This document shows positions 32,540 to 42,817 of a stretch of 64,000 nt of DNA, piece by piece. The notes under the pieces were generated by a model. It had not been told where the DNA came from and searched no databases. It saw only the letters and a list, made by a program, of their open reading frames with translations. Both the position numbers and the translations under genes were made by a program. This DNA is from a virus. Lineage: Duplodnaviria > Heunggongvirae > Uroviricota > Caudoviricetes. The DNA lies in the IMG/VR virus record IMGVR_UViG_3300032245_001763, positions 1 through 64,000 of that record. One strand, written 5' to 3'. The stretch's first letter is position 1, and every line of letters starts with the position of its first letter.

Positions 32540-33181
32540 ATGAAAACTTTTAAAACTTGGTTATTTGAATCTTTTAAAGATAATTTTGGAATTTTGTTTA
32601 AAAATGAAGATTTTTTAAATAATTTGAGGTCATTATCTGTAAATGTGAGTATTCCACCTAAAGCGTCCACACATTCAGGTGCATATGGTCAGGTTTATTT
32701 TCTTGGTGATAAAGTAATAAAATTAACCAGAAATAAAAAAGAATATGATGTTTCACAAGTTTTAAAACAAAAGTGTCCTAATGAAGTAGCAATTTTAGGT
32801 TCATTTATTGTTAATCAAGATATTTTTTGTATTGTTCAAAAAAAGTTAGAAATGTCAAATTCAATAATTGACCATCCAGCTTATGCAATTAGATATTATA
32901 TTACAAATAAACCTAAATTAGAAATTGCAAATTTGATTAAAACTGTTTCTGATAATCAAATTTATCAATATTTAAAAGATAATATTAAAACTAATCCTCA
33001 AATTTCTTTTTATATTGATAGAATAGAAACTGAAGAACAAATGAATTATTTGATTGAAATTTGGCAGATGATAAAAAACATTTATTTTTCTACAGGTTTT
33101 ATTTTTACTGATTTAAAATCAGAAAATATAGGAATTGATAATGGAAAATTAAAACTTTTTGATTTTGATGAATTTGTTTGA
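32540..33181 (+). CDS. hypothetical protein, MKTFK-family. A Gly-rich segment SGAYGQVYFLGDKVIKL is reminiscent of a kinase G-loop plus Lys; not asserted.
   Basis: N-terminus MKTFKTWLFESFKD. Confidence 0.45.
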   Translation: MKTFKTWLFESFKDNFGILFKNEDFLNNLRSLSVNVSIPPKASTHSGAYGQVYFLGDKVIKLTRNKKEYDVSQVLKQKCPNEVAILGSFIVNQDIFCIVQKKLEMSNSIIDHPAYAIRYYITNKPKLEIANLIKTVSDNQIYQYLKDNIKTNPQISFYIDRIETEEQMNYLIEIWQMIKNIYFSTGFIFTDLKSENIGIDNGKLKLFDFDEFV

Positions 33182-33241
33182 CTTGCTTTAAAAAGATTAT
33201 TGATTACTTGAGGTTGATTCGTATAATTTAGCTCACAATTA

Positions 33242-33511
33242 ATGGAGTTAACGATGTCAACAAAAGAGCAGAATTTGTTAAATTTTCTGGATTATGTCTG
33301 GTTAAATTTTAATTTTTTGAAAAATTCCTATTTAAAAGAAAATGTATTTTCTATGTCGGAATGTGTAAGGATTTTAAATCCTAGTTCTGATCTAATTGAA
33401 ATTGCCAAAGTTGTTGAACAAAAATTTGTTAAAAATTATTTGAGCAAACAAGAGTTTACAAATGACGTTATGAGCGATAGAGTCGTTGTAGATTTTATGT
33501 ATAAGGAATAG
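33242..33511 (+). CDS. hypothetical protein
   Basis: ORF track, 89 aa. Confidence 0.45.
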   Translation: MELTMSTKEQNLLNFLDYVWLNFNFLKNSYLKENVFSMSECVRILNPSSDLIEIAKVVEQKFVKNYLSKQEFTNDVMSDRVVVDFMYKE

Positions 33512-33515
33512 TGCT

Positions 33516-34145
33516 GTGAATTTGTTAAAACGTATAAAAAACAATCTGTTTAGAGTAGGTTATAAAGCAACATATAATTATATGTGTCGAGATCATAAGT
33601 TCGAAATTGGTCAAACTTATGAATTGCCATATAGACCAGTTACTTGTCATTGTGGTTTTCATTATTGTAAAAATCCAAAAGATGTATTAAGATACTACCC
33701 AATTAATCCAAAATTTAAATTACTGGAAATAAAAGATATTGGGAAAACATCTTGTGAGGGTGATAAGCGTGCTACAAATAAAATTAAAATATTAAGAGAA
33801 ATAACTGATCATTCTGAATTAGAATTTTTGTTAAAATGTAAATTCAAAATTGAAGAAAATTATTATTGTTTGTGGCATGAAGATGGTTTCGATGAATACA
33901 AATGGAATGAGCAAGATCAAATTGTATATTATAACAATCAAAATAATAAATGGTACAAAAAAACATATGATAACAATGGCAGATTGATTTTCATGGAAAA
34001 AAACAATTATATTGAAGAATATAAATATGAAAACCATATGAAATATTTCAGGTTTGTTAGTGGAAACAAAAAAACAAGTAAAGACAAATTGTTTAGAAAA
34101 ATTAGTTATAAAGGTTGGAAATTGTATGATCAACGCTGGCTATAA
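33516..34145 (+). CDS. GFHYC-domain family protein
   Basis: VGYKATYNYMCRDHKFEIGQTYELPYRPVTCHCGFHYC. Confidence 0.6.
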   Translation: MNLLKRIKNNLFRVGYKATYNYMCRDHKFEIGQTYELPYRPVTCHCGFHYCKNPKDVLRYYPINPKFKLLEIKDIGKTSCEGDKRATNKIKILREITDHSELEFLLKCKFKIEENYYCLWHEDGFDEYKWNEQDQIVYYNNQNNKWYKKTYDNNGRLIFMEKNNYIEEYKYENHMKYFRFVSGNKKTSKDKLFRKISYKGWKLYDQRWL

Positions 34146-34275
34146 AGCAACGATTAATTGTAAGTCACTACATGATGATGTACAATATGAAGTTGGAAAA
34201 GAGTATTCTTTAGAGGGTATGCCATTAATTCATTGGCAAGGGTTTCATTATTGTAATTATCCAGAAAGGTTTTGA
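34126..34275 (+). CDS. Short GFHYC-domain-only family member
   Basis: MINAGYKATINCKSLHDDVQYEVGKEYSLEGMPLIHWQGFHYC. Confidence 0.35.
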   Translation: MINAGYKATINCKSLHDDVQYEVGKEYSLEGMPLIHWQGFHYCNYPERF

Positions 34276-34881
34276 ATGTTTAATTTATTTGATATTTATA
34301 AAAGATACAAATATGGAATTGGATATAAATCTACTTATAACTATAAAGGAATGAATGATTTTCAATATAATGTTGGTGAAACATATGAAATTAAACAAAA
34401 GCCTGTAGTTTGTTTTAATGGTTTTCATTATTGTATAAATCCACATGATGTTTTAAATTATTATCCAATTTTTGCTTCATCAAATTTTTTTGAAGTAAAA
34501 GCTTTGGGCAAAATTCATGTTGATCTGCAAGAGGGTAAATTTGCTACTAATAAAATGAAAATTGTTAGAGAAATAACCGATAAAGAAGAAATGAATAATC
34601 TATTTGGATTTTATGTTGAAAAACAAGAAAGCAAAACTATTATTCATTGTAAAAGGAATCCAGATTTTTTCGAAGAATACACTAAGGTGGACCCAACATT
34701 AATTGAACGAGAAGCTTATTTGTGTTTCACAGGTCCGATGATATCTGAATACACAAATAAACATTATGATTACTATATTTATAGTAATAGTCATGGATTT
34801 AGGTATCTTATTGAAACATATAAAGATTCTTCAAGAGCAATTAAAAAATATTATTTCAACAATAATGCAAGGTTTCAATAG
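34276..34881 (+). CDS. GFHYC-domain family protein
   Basis: GIGYKSTYNYKGMNDFQYNVGETYEIKQKPVVCFNGFHYC. Confidence 0.55.
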   Translation: MFNLFDIYKRYKYGIGYKSTYNYKGMNDFQYNVGETYEIKQKPVVCFNGFHYCINPHDVLNYYPIFASSNFFEVKALGKIHVDLQEGKFATNKMKIVREITDKEEMNNLFGFYVEKQESKTIIHCKRNPDFFEEYTKVDPTLIEREAYLCFTGPMISEYTNKHYDYYIYSNSHGFRYLIETYKDSSRAIKKYYFNNNARFQ

Positions 34882-34883
34882 TA

Positions 34884-35681
34884 TTAAACAACAACACCAT
34901 TGTGAAAATTAGTTCGCATCCAATTATTTTCGCTCCAAATTGATCCATCATCAAAGGTATATTTTTGACCTTTTTTATGAGCGAATTTTTCTAGAAAATA
35001 AGTCTGAATTTCAGATAATGTTGGAGAATCTAAACTGCTTGGTAAATTCAGCATTAATACATAAAAATTATTAAAAAATGTAGCCATAGTTTTTTGAGTT
35101 GGTAAAACTTCAGAGGCTACATCTTCAGCAAGTTTTCTTATAGTTTTAACAAATTCGTTCCAATCTGTAATGTTTTTAAATTTTGAACTATATTTGCTAT
35201 CTGTTAAATAATAGATTATTTCATCTTTGGAAGATCCAGCATCATGCATTTCTTTTATATTTTGTTTAATTGTATTATATATTGCTTCAATGCTTCCATA
35301 ACTTTTTAAGTTATTTTTTGTTTGAATAAAAAGATCAGTTAAATAATCCATTCTTTGTTCAGCGCTTAAAGAATTTTTTTTGTACAATTTATTTTTTACT
35401 AATGTTGGTTTTTTGATTTTATCAAAACCAGTTTCTTCATTTGAAAAAAAATATTTTTTTGTTTCTTCAATAAACCAATCAACGGTTGGAGCATGAACTG
35501 GAAATTCTGCATCATTTTTTGCTAATTCAACTTGTTTTAAAAAATCATTGATTTTTGGTGAAAAATTTAAAAAATTTTCCATTATTGATTGTTTTTGTTT
35601 ATATTCTTTGAAGCTTATCATTTTTGTCCTTTTTTTTGTTATATATTGTTTTTTAATGCTTTTTTGAAAAAAAAGTTTCAC
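34884..35681 (-). CDS. hypothetical protein
   Basis: ORF track, 265 aa. The only minus-strand gene in this block. Confidence 0.5.
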   Translation of the reverse strand: MKLFFQKSIKKQYITKKRTKMISFKEYKQKQSIMENFLNFSPKINDFLKQVELAKNDAEFPVHAPTVDWFIEETKKYFFSNEETGFDKIKKPTLVKNKLYKKNSLSAEQRMDYLTDLFIQTKNNLKSYGSIEAIYNTIKQNIKEMHDAGSSKDEIIYYLTDSKYSSKFKNITDWNEFVKTIRKLAEDVASEVLPTQKTMATFFNNFYVLMLNLPSSLDSPTLSEIQTYFLEKFAHKKGQKYTFDDGSIWSENNWMRTNFHNGVVV

Positions 35682-35730
35682 TAAAAGGTCACATTCACTA
35701 CAATCTAACTGTTCTTTTTAAGGATTTTGT

Positions 35731-36549
35731 ATGGCTTATGATTTTTTGGTAATTGATAGTTATAATTTGGCATATAGGCACTGGTGGGCGGTTAGAGATT
35801 TAAAATATAATGATCAATTTGTAGGTTTAGAATATGGATTTATTAAAAAAGTTTTAAGTTATATAAAAAAATATGGTCAAGAAAAAATTTATTTAGCATG
35901 GGATGGTAAGCCTGAACGGTGTCAGGGATTGACAGAAAATTATAAAGCTGGACGTGTAAAAGTAAATGCTAATGAAGGTGATTGGACTCCAAGACTTAAC
36001 AAATTGAAAGATGTTTTTTCACATTTGTGTAATACGTTGTATAATCCTTCTGAAGAGGCAGATGAACAAATTGCTAAATTTGTATTATCTAATAAAGAAA
36101 AAAGAATTTTAATTGTATCTGGAGATAAAGATTTACAACAATTTATTAATTCAATAGTTCATGTTGAAAGTGGTAGCGATTTAATAAACGGAGAAGCAGC
36201 ATTTAATAAGTGGCAAGTTCCAGCTTACAAAATTCCTTTATACAAATCATTAGATGGAGATTCATCTGATAACATTAAAGGCGTTCCTAGATTGGCAACT
36301 AAAACTAAAATTAAGTTAGTTAATATGTCTGCTAATATTGATGAATTGATTTCTAATTTTTCTCTATCTGAATTAACAGAAAAAGAGAAAATTAAATTGA
36401 AAGAACATGAACAAATAGTTCTTAATAACTACAAGTTAGTTAATTTAATGGAATTCAAAGAAAAGCCTGATATTTCAGAACCTGATGGTGATAAAAATCA
36501 TTTAAGTAATTTGATAAATGAATTAAATTTTAAAAGTATAGTTTTTTAG
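35731..36549 (+). CDS. 5'-3' exonuclease / flap endonuclease (T4 RNase H / T5 D15-like, PIN-like fold)
   Basis: N-terminus FLVIDSYNLAYRHWWA, then GKPERCQGLTENYKAGR, ILIVSGDKDLQQ (the conserved SGDKDL motif of 5' nucleases) and a helix-hairpin-helix-like region. Confidence 0.7.
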   Translation: MAYDFLVIDSYNLAYRHWWAVRDLKYNDQFVGLEYGFIKKVLSYIKKYGQEKIYLAWDGKPERCQGLTENYKAGRVKVNANEGDWTPRLNKLKDVFSHLCNTLYNPSEEADEQIAKFVLSNKEKRILIVSGDKDLQQFINSIVHVESGSDLINGEAAFNKWQVPAYKIPLYKSLDGDSSDNIKGVPRLATKTKIKLVNMSANIDELISNFSLSELTEKEKIKLKEHEQIVLNNYKLVNLMEFKEKPDISEPDGDKNHLSNLINELNFKSIVF

Positions 36550-36574
36550 AAAAAAATTTTTAAGGAATATTGTC

Positions 36575-37180
36575 ATGTATGCAAAAGATTTATTAGACAT
36601 AAAAGAACATATAAAAGATAAAAAAGAGAATGAATTTTTAACTAAATCTTTTTCTCTTTTAGAACAAAAAATATATGCTCAAAAAGCACAATCAGAATCT
36701 GGACAACTTGTTAAAGATTTTTGTTCTTTTTTGACACAATATGATCTATTTATAGATCTTATTTCTAAATTTAAACATCTTGATCCACTTCAAAATAAAT
36801 ATTTTGAAGTTAAATCAGATCAGTTTAATATAAAACACTATTTGAGTATCTTTTTTAAAGATTTATATGGACAAGAACATACATTCAGAATAATTGTGTG
36901 TCCAGCACCACAAGCTGATTTTGTGAGAGTTAAATGTATAGATTTATATCTTCCAGATTGGAAGAATGTGAGTTTATATTTTGATGTTTCAAAAGATTTT
37001 GAAAAGGTTATTGTAAATTTGCCAAAAACATTTAATTGTAGTGATTCTTGTGGTTATGATTCTGAATCTATTGTTAGTTTTGATAATTTTATTAAAATTT
37101 TGTTTTCATTAATTTCCAATTTCTTTAGCAATTGTGTTACAACAAAAAATATAACCAGTGTTTGGGATCAAAATAATTGA
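36575..37180 (+). CDS. hypothetical protein
   Basis: ORF track, 201 aa. Confidence 0.45.
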   Translation: MYAKDLLDIKEHIKDKKENEFLTKSFSLLEQKIYAQKAQSESGQLVKDFCSFLTQYDLFIDLISKFKHLDPLQNKYFEVKSDQFNIKHYLSIFFKDLYGQEHTFRIIVCPAPQADFVRVKCIDLYLPDWKNVSLYFDVSKDFEKVIVNLPKTFNCSDSCGYDSESIVSFDNFIKILFSLISNFFSNCVTTKNITSVWDQNN

Positions 37181-37215
37181 TTTTTTTTTAGTCATATTTT
37201 ATAGGAGAATTATTT

Positions 37216-37659
37216 ATGGGTTGGACAAGTTTCGGAATTTATGGTGGCGATAACACTCAATCTCAACATTATGAATTTATTAAAAATGCATGCATTTTTA
37301 AAGATGATGATCAGATATTTGATTGTTTTAAACAAAATAGAACAGTAGTTCCACGCGATAAGAGACATCTTTTGATTGTTAATTACAATAAAATTGTAAA
37401 AAAAATCAAATCTAATATTAAAGATGAATACGATGCGTTATCATGGCAAATGCTTGCAGCGTTATTTTTGGACAATCAAGTCAGACTTCCGGTTTCTTTG
37501 AAGAAAAAGGCAATAGAAGCAACAAATTATTTGATTGAAAATAGTTGTGATGAATTTATTTCGCCTTCTAGAAGAAGAGAAAATTTAAGAAAGTTTTTAA
37601 GAAAAGTTTGTTCTTCTCAAATTTCTTATTCTAAGTTTTCAAAAGTGAAAGGTATTTAA
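37216..37659 (+). CDS. hypothetical protein
   Basis: ORF track, 147 aa. Confidence 0.45.
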   Translation: MGWTSFGIYGGDNTQSQHYEFIKNACIFKDDDQIFDCFKQNRTVVPRDKRHLLIVNYNKIVKKIKSNIKDEYDALSWQMLAALFLDNQVRLPVSLKKKAIEATNYLIENSCDEFISPSRRRENLRKFLRKVCSSQISYSKFSKVKGI

Positions 37660-38088
37660 TTTATGTTTGGCTTTATGGAAGAAAAATATAAACCTGGTAG
37701 CGATTTTACCAATTCACTTTCTTTACTCAAAGATTCAAATGTTGAAATAATATTTGATGAAATGGTAGAAAAATTATGATTTTTTGTTTTGATTTTTTTT
37801 CAAAGGAATTTAATAATGAAGACTCCACATAATTTAAACACAGCGTTAATGGCATCGAAAAGATCTAGCATTTCAAGAGAAGATTTGTTTTCCGTATGGA
37901 TTACAAACATCATCAATAGAGGCTAATTTGAATCAAGGTTCTTCATTTTATGATATGTTACACAGACAAGGAATTTGTGTTGGTGATAATTTAACTAATG
38001 AAGAGTCAGAGTCTTTTATAAAAGAATATTGTAAACAATTAAATATAAAAAATTATTTAGATGCACATATTGCAGAAGGAATTTAATA

Positions 38089-38340
38089 ATGAAAGCATTT
38101 AGTAGATTTAAAGTAAAAAACAAACTTGGTGATTACGCACATGATGCATGGTCAAGATGGATGACACATTTATTTTCTAAATCAATTGAAAACAAAGATG
38201 GTTCTGTAACAATTCCTAAAGAATCAGTTGATAGATGGAAAAGGCAAATTGCTACTTCTTACGAAGATCTTTCAAAAGAAGAACAAAAATCTGATTTAGA
38301 AGAAGCAGAAAAAATGTTGAAAATTATAGAAGAAAATTAA
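38089..38340 (+). CDS. hypothetical protein
   Basis: ORF track, 83 aa. Confidence 0.45.
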   Translation: MKAFSRFKVKNKLGDYAHDAWSRWMTHLFSKSIENKDGSVTIPKESVDRWKRQIATSYEDLSKEEQKSDLEEAEKMLKIIEEN

Positions 38341-40073
38341 TTTGATTTTCCTGTTTTGAATATATTAGCTCTTTCTTCATGATTTTGAGTTTGTTTGAGA
38401 ACTTGTTCTATACTTTTTAAAGTCCAATTTCCACCTTTTTGTGTAGTTAAACTTTTTAAGTTAACACCAAGTGATCTTAAACTTTCTTCATTTCTTCTAG
38501 AAACAAGTCCATTTTGCATTTTTGATAATAATTTATTATAAATAATGCTTGGCAAATTAATTGGATTTTGAAATTTTTCTTGTTTGAAATTTAACCAAAT
38601 ATATTCTTCAATTTCTAATGTTAATTTTTTAAATCTTGCAGGATTGCTCCAATAATAAACATTAATACTATTGTAGCCATCAATTATGTATTTCATTTTT
38701 GATTTAGCTTGAATTGAAATTAATGGTCTTAATTCATTGAATTTTTTCTTTAATGAATAAGTTTCAGAATCCATAGATGGTTCTGCATCATTTCTTTGAT
38801 TTTTAACATGATTTGGACTAAAATAAACAACGTTTGGTTTTGGATCTAAATAGGTCGAAATGCTTTTAAGGTTTTTAATATTTGTTTTTGAAAGCATGTT
38901 TGGGCTAACTCCTAAAAACAATCTAGAATATTCTTCTTGATATTTTTTTAAATTTTCTGGAGTAATTGTAGAAACTAAATTTCTTATTAATTTATAAGCA
39001 ATATTAATATTCATTGGATTATAAAATAAAGATTCATTTGTTTCACTGTTAGAGCCTGAAAAATCATAATTTGCCATTTTTAATTTTTTGAATAAGTTTT
39101 GCAAATATGGATTTATTTTTATTTGATAATTTCTGCCATAATGAGATATTTCAACTATTTCTGTTTGTGGAGCATTTATTAATTGTCCATTTTTTATATA
39201 TCTTATTAAGAGATCATTATATCTTATTTTAAGTGCTCTTGTCCAGTCTTTTAATGGGAACTGTAAAAGATATTTAATATCATTTTCATCAATAAATATT
39301 CTTTCTCTGCTTACAACAGCCATTTCATTTAAAATCCATTCATTAAATGATATTATTTTTTTGCTTTCGGTTGTTTTTAATTTAGCTAAGTTTAACATAG
39401 CTTTATATTCTTGGTTTATTTTGTCACAATTACATCTTGATTTTAATTGTTTTAGTTGTTTTGAATATACTGGACATTCTGGTATATCTTTCCAGTTACA
39501 TACTTGTACAATTATTTTTAATTTCTCTTCTTGATTTCCATAGTGTAATTTTGACATCATGTTGACAAAATCTATTTTTGGACAACCACTTGGATCAGTT
39601 TTTTCTTTTTTATTTTGTAAATCATTATTATCTAAAAATTGATATTTTATATTAGATTCAGTTGGAATAATATTTGTTTCAGTTGATACATTATCTATTT
39701 TTAAAATATATTTTATATCTTTTGATTTATACATATTTTTATTATTATTAATAATAGAACTTAATATTTTATCAATTTTTCCTATATGTCTTTGAGTCCA
39801 AGTTGTAATTAAAACATATTTTTGATTATTTATCTCAAATATTCTTGATATTCTTCCTTCTAAAACAATATCTTCATCTGGTTGAATATTAAAATTTTTC
39901 TCTACATAATTATTTATTTGTGAATGAATTATAAAGTAATCACTTGAAAATACTGTGTTAATATTGTTGTAATATGAAAAGGTCAAGAATCCATTTTCTG
40001 ACTCTTGCATTAAGGAATTAGGAGATGTATATTTTTTAAATATATTGTTTTCTAGCCAAATTTTAAAATTCAT
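38337..40073 (-). CDS. large hypothetical protein (578 aa)
   Basis: Long uninterrupted minus-strand ORF converging on gene 38089-38340. Confidence 0.55.
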   Translation of the reverse strand: MNFKIWLENNIFKKYTSPNSLMQESENGFLTFSYYNNINTVFSSDYFIIHSQINNYVEKNFNIQPDEDIVLEGRISRIFEINNQKYVLITTWTQRHIGKIDKILSSIINNNKNMYKSKDIKYILKIDNVSTETNIIPTESNIKYQFLDNNDLQNKKEKTDPSGCPKIDFVNMMSKLHYGNQEEKLKIIVQVCNWKDIPECPVYSKQLKQLKSRCNCDKINQEYKAMLNLAKLKTTESKKIISFNEWILNEMAVVSRERIFIDENDIKYLLQFPLKDWTRALKIRYNDLLIRYIKNGQLINAPQTEIVEISHYGRNYQIKINPYLQNLFKKLKMANYDFSGSNSETNESLFYNPMNINIAYKLIRNLVSTITPENLKKYQEEYSRLFLGVSPNMLSKTNIKNLKSISTYLDPKPNVVYFSPNHVKNQRNDAEPSMDSETYSLKKKFNELRPLISIQAKSKMKYIIDGYNSINVYYWSNPARFKKLTLEIEEYIWLNFKQEKFQNPINLPSIIYNKLLSKMQNGLVSRRNEESLRSLGVNLKSLTTQKGGNWTLKSIEQVLKQTQNHEERANIFKTGKSN

Positions 40074-40227
40074 TATTTATTTTTGCTCGCATTAAAATAT
40101 TAGAATATTGTTGTTTTATATCTATATATTGTTGAATATACTTTCAATTTTGATTCAATTTTTAAAATTCATTTTAATTTTATTAGCTTATTTATTAATA
40201 AAACTAAAATAATTGGGATAAAATATT

Positions 40228-41547
40228 ATGATAACTATATTTGGAAAAACAAATAAATTCTGTAATTTAAATCGTAGATCATTTTTAAAAATTGGTGGAT
40301 TTAGTATGTCTGCTTTTGGTGGAATGAATGTGTTTTCAAATGAATTTAAGCCTAAATCTAAAAAATCAATTATTCATATATTTTTAGCTGGTGGACCATC
40401 TCACTTGGATACTTGGGATATTAAAAAAGATGCTCCACGTGAAATTAGAGGTGAATTTTCACCAATACAAACATCAATTTCCGGAATTGAAATATGCGAA
40501 TGTTTTCCAAAATTAGCATTATTGATGGATAAAATATCAATTATAAGATCTATTACTGGTTCTTTAGATGCACATGATTCTCATCAATGTTTAACTGGAT
40601 ATGATCGAAAAAACATGGAAAGTATAGGCGGCAGACCATCAATAGGTTCTGTTTTATCAAAAATATATGGTCAAAAAGATTTGTCAGTTCCTTCTTCTGT
40701 AATTTTAAATGAAAGAACTCAGCATTTACCTTGGAGTTATGGAGGCACTGGTGGATTTTTAGGAAATGCATATAATTCATTTAATCCAAATGGAAATGGA
40801 ATGGATGATTTGGTTTTAAATGGTATTTCTCTTGATAGATTAAATGATAGAAAAGCTTTATTATCTTCTTTAGACAAAGTTAATTCAGATTTAGAAAAGT
40901 ATCAATCAGTTAGTAGTTTTAGAGATGCAGCATTTGGAGTATTGACTAGTAGTAAACTTGCAGATGCGTTAAATTTGGATTCTGAATCAGAAGAATTAAA
41001 AGTTAGATATGGAACTGGACGACCTTTTAATTTTCAATACGATGGTGCAACTACTGATAATTCTAAATTATTAATAGCAAGAAGATTAGTCGAAATTGGA
41101 GTACAATCTGTTACATTATCTTATGGAAGATGGGATAGTCATGGAAATAATTTTGATTTAATTAGAGATCATGGATCAAAATTAGACAATTGTTTGTCTG
41201 CCTTAATTGAAGATTTAAATTCTAAATCTATGTTAGATGACACATTAGTTTTGGTTTGGGGTGAATTCGGAAGAACTCCAAGAATAAATAAGGATGGGGG
41301 AAGAGATCATTGGCCATTAGTAAATAGTTGTTTAATGATTGGTGGTGGATTAAAAACGGGACAAATAATAGGTAGTACAAATAGACTTGGAGAATCAGTT
41401 GCTTCTAGACCAGTACATGTACAAGAAGTATTATCTACGGTTTATCATACTTTAGGAATTGATGTTATGAATTCAACAATAAACGATCCAACAGGACGAC
41501 CTCAATTTTTATTGGATAACAGAAATATTATTCCTGAATTGGTTTAA
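40228..41547 (+). CDS. DUF1501-family protein (sulfatase / alkaline-phosphatase superfamily-like) with a twin-arginine (Tat) signal peptide
   Basis: NRRSFLKIGGFSMSAFGG matches the Tat consensus S/T-R-R-x-F-L-K. A GGPSHLDTWD motif and a C-terminal GEFGRTP...GRDHW are typical of DUF1501. Confidence 0.6.
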   Translation: MITIFGKTNKFCNLNRRSFLKIGGFSMSAFGGMNVFSNEFKPKSKKSIIHIFLAGGPSHLDTWDIKKDAPREIRGEFSPIQTSISGIEICECFPKLALLMDKISIIRSITGSLDAHDSHQCLTGYDRKNMESIGGRPSIGSVLSKIYGQKDLSVPSSVILNERTQHLPWSYGGTGGFLGNAYNSFNPNGNGMDDLVLNGISLDRLNDRKALLSSLDKVNSDLEKYQSVSSFRDAAFGVLTSSKLADALNLDSESEELKVRYGTGRPFNFQYDGATTDNSKLLIARRLVEIGVQSVTLSYGRWDSHGNNFDLIRDHGSKLDNCLSALIEDLNSKSMLDDTLVLVWGEFGRTPRINKDGGRDHWPLVNSCLMIGGGLKTGQIIGSTNRLGESVASRPVHVQEVLSTVYHTLGIDVMNSTINDPTGRPQFLLDNRNIIPELV

Positions 41548-41899
41548 ATTTTCTTTCTTCATAAGTTTTAATTCTGTGACAATTAGCGCATAAAACTTGA
41601 CATTTTTTAATTTCATTTTTTATCGTTTCTACACTTAGTCCGAAACAAGCAGCATCTCCCACATTAAATAATTTATCATTTAAGTGATCAAATTCTAAAA
41701 CTCTAAAATCATCATTTTGACAAATTTGACACTTTAATGATTTTTTAAATTCTTCGAGCCATTGAGTTCTTTTTCTTCTTCTTTCATTTTGTTTATTATT
41801 CAGACATTGTTTGCACTGTTTCTTTTGTGATTTATAAGGAAATTCATTGTAATTTTTAGTTAATGTACAACAACTACAAGTTTTTTGTTTTTTCTTCAT
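41528..41899 (-). CDS. HNH endonuclease
   Basis: CxxC...CxxC zinc knuckles (CSCCTL, CKQC, CQIC) and HLNDKLFNVGDAACFGLSVETIKNEIKKCQVLCANCHRIKT (the HNH His-Asn-His core). Confidence 0.65.
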   Translation of the reverse strand: MKKKQKTCSCCTLTKNYNEFPYKSQKKQCKQCLNNKQNERRRKRTQWLEEFKKSLKCQICQNDDFRVLEFDHLNDKLFNVGDAACFGLSVETIKNEIKKCQVLCANCHRIKTYEERKFKPIQE

Positions 41900-41957
41900 T
41901 GTTGAGATTTTACGTAAAAACGATTGACGTTAAAAACGAAATTACATAAAATATTTT

Positions 41958-42578
41958 ATGTGTAACGAAACAACAAAAGCTTCTAAACGAAGAAAAAATG
42001 ATACATTGTTTGTTAACAATGTATTTAAGGGTTTGGGAATTGATATTGGATGTGGACATGATATTCTAAAAAAAGAAGATGGTTTTCCATTAATTGAAAC
42101 GGTTCAATCATTTGATTTAATTGATGGGAATGCTCAGTATATTAATGATTACAAGCCAATTGAAAGTTATGATTTTGTTCATTCTTCACAATGTTTAGAA
42201 CATATGGTAGATCCATACATCGCAATAGTTAATTGGTTTAAATTAGTTAAACCTGGTGGCTATCTTGTAGTTACAGTTCCAGACGAAGATTTATATGAGC
42301 AAGGCGTATTTCCTTCTGCATGGAATACGGATCATAAATGGACTTTTTCTATCTGGAAAGAATTTAGTTGGAGTAATAATCATATTAACATGTTTGATTT
42401 AATTCCACGTTTGGGAAAAAAAGCAGATATAATTAAATTGAGTTTAATAGACACAAATTATGATTACAATTTAATTAATTCAAGACCAAGAGTGGATCAA
42501 ACATTTGCAGATAAAGATGTTGAAGCTTTTATTGAACTTGTTGTAAGAAAAAGATGTAATAATTGGATTTACAACTAA
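41958..42578 (+). CDS. putative SAM-dependent methyltransferase (class I)
   Basis: Motif I-like GIDIGCGHD and motif II-like YDFVHSSQCLEHMVDP, then LVKPGGYLVVTVP. Confidence 0.5.
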   Translation: MCNETTKASKRRKNDTLFVNNVFKGLGIDIGCGHDILKKEDGFPLIETVQSFDLIDGNAQYINDYKPIESYDFVHSSQCLEHMVDPYIAIVNWFKLVKPGGYLVVTVPDEDLYEQGVFPSAWNTDHKWTFSIWKEFSWSNNHINMFDLIPRLGKKADIIKLSLIDTNYDYNLINSRPRVDQTFADKDVEAFIELVVRKRCNNWIYN

Positions 42579-42817
42579 TGTATTGCCTGATTGAAAAACA
42601 AAACAATTCATTATTTGACAAAGCAGATGAATTTAATATAATTTATAAAAGTAAATATAAATTTTTGTGTTTTTTAAAAAAATTTATAATTGAATTTACA
42701 ATTGAGGCTGGTCCCAAATCAATTTTCTCATATTATGTAACTTGTTTAAATTAACAAATAATAAAAATTATAAAAACTCTGTGCTATGTTAGATAGATAA
42801 TAAAACAAGGAGGTTTT

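Noticed and set aside
32540-33181. Protein kinase annotation for the MKTFK-family gene
   Set aside because: Only a G-loop-like GAYGQV...K segment is visible. No HRD or DFG catalytic motifs could be found by eye, so no functional call was made.
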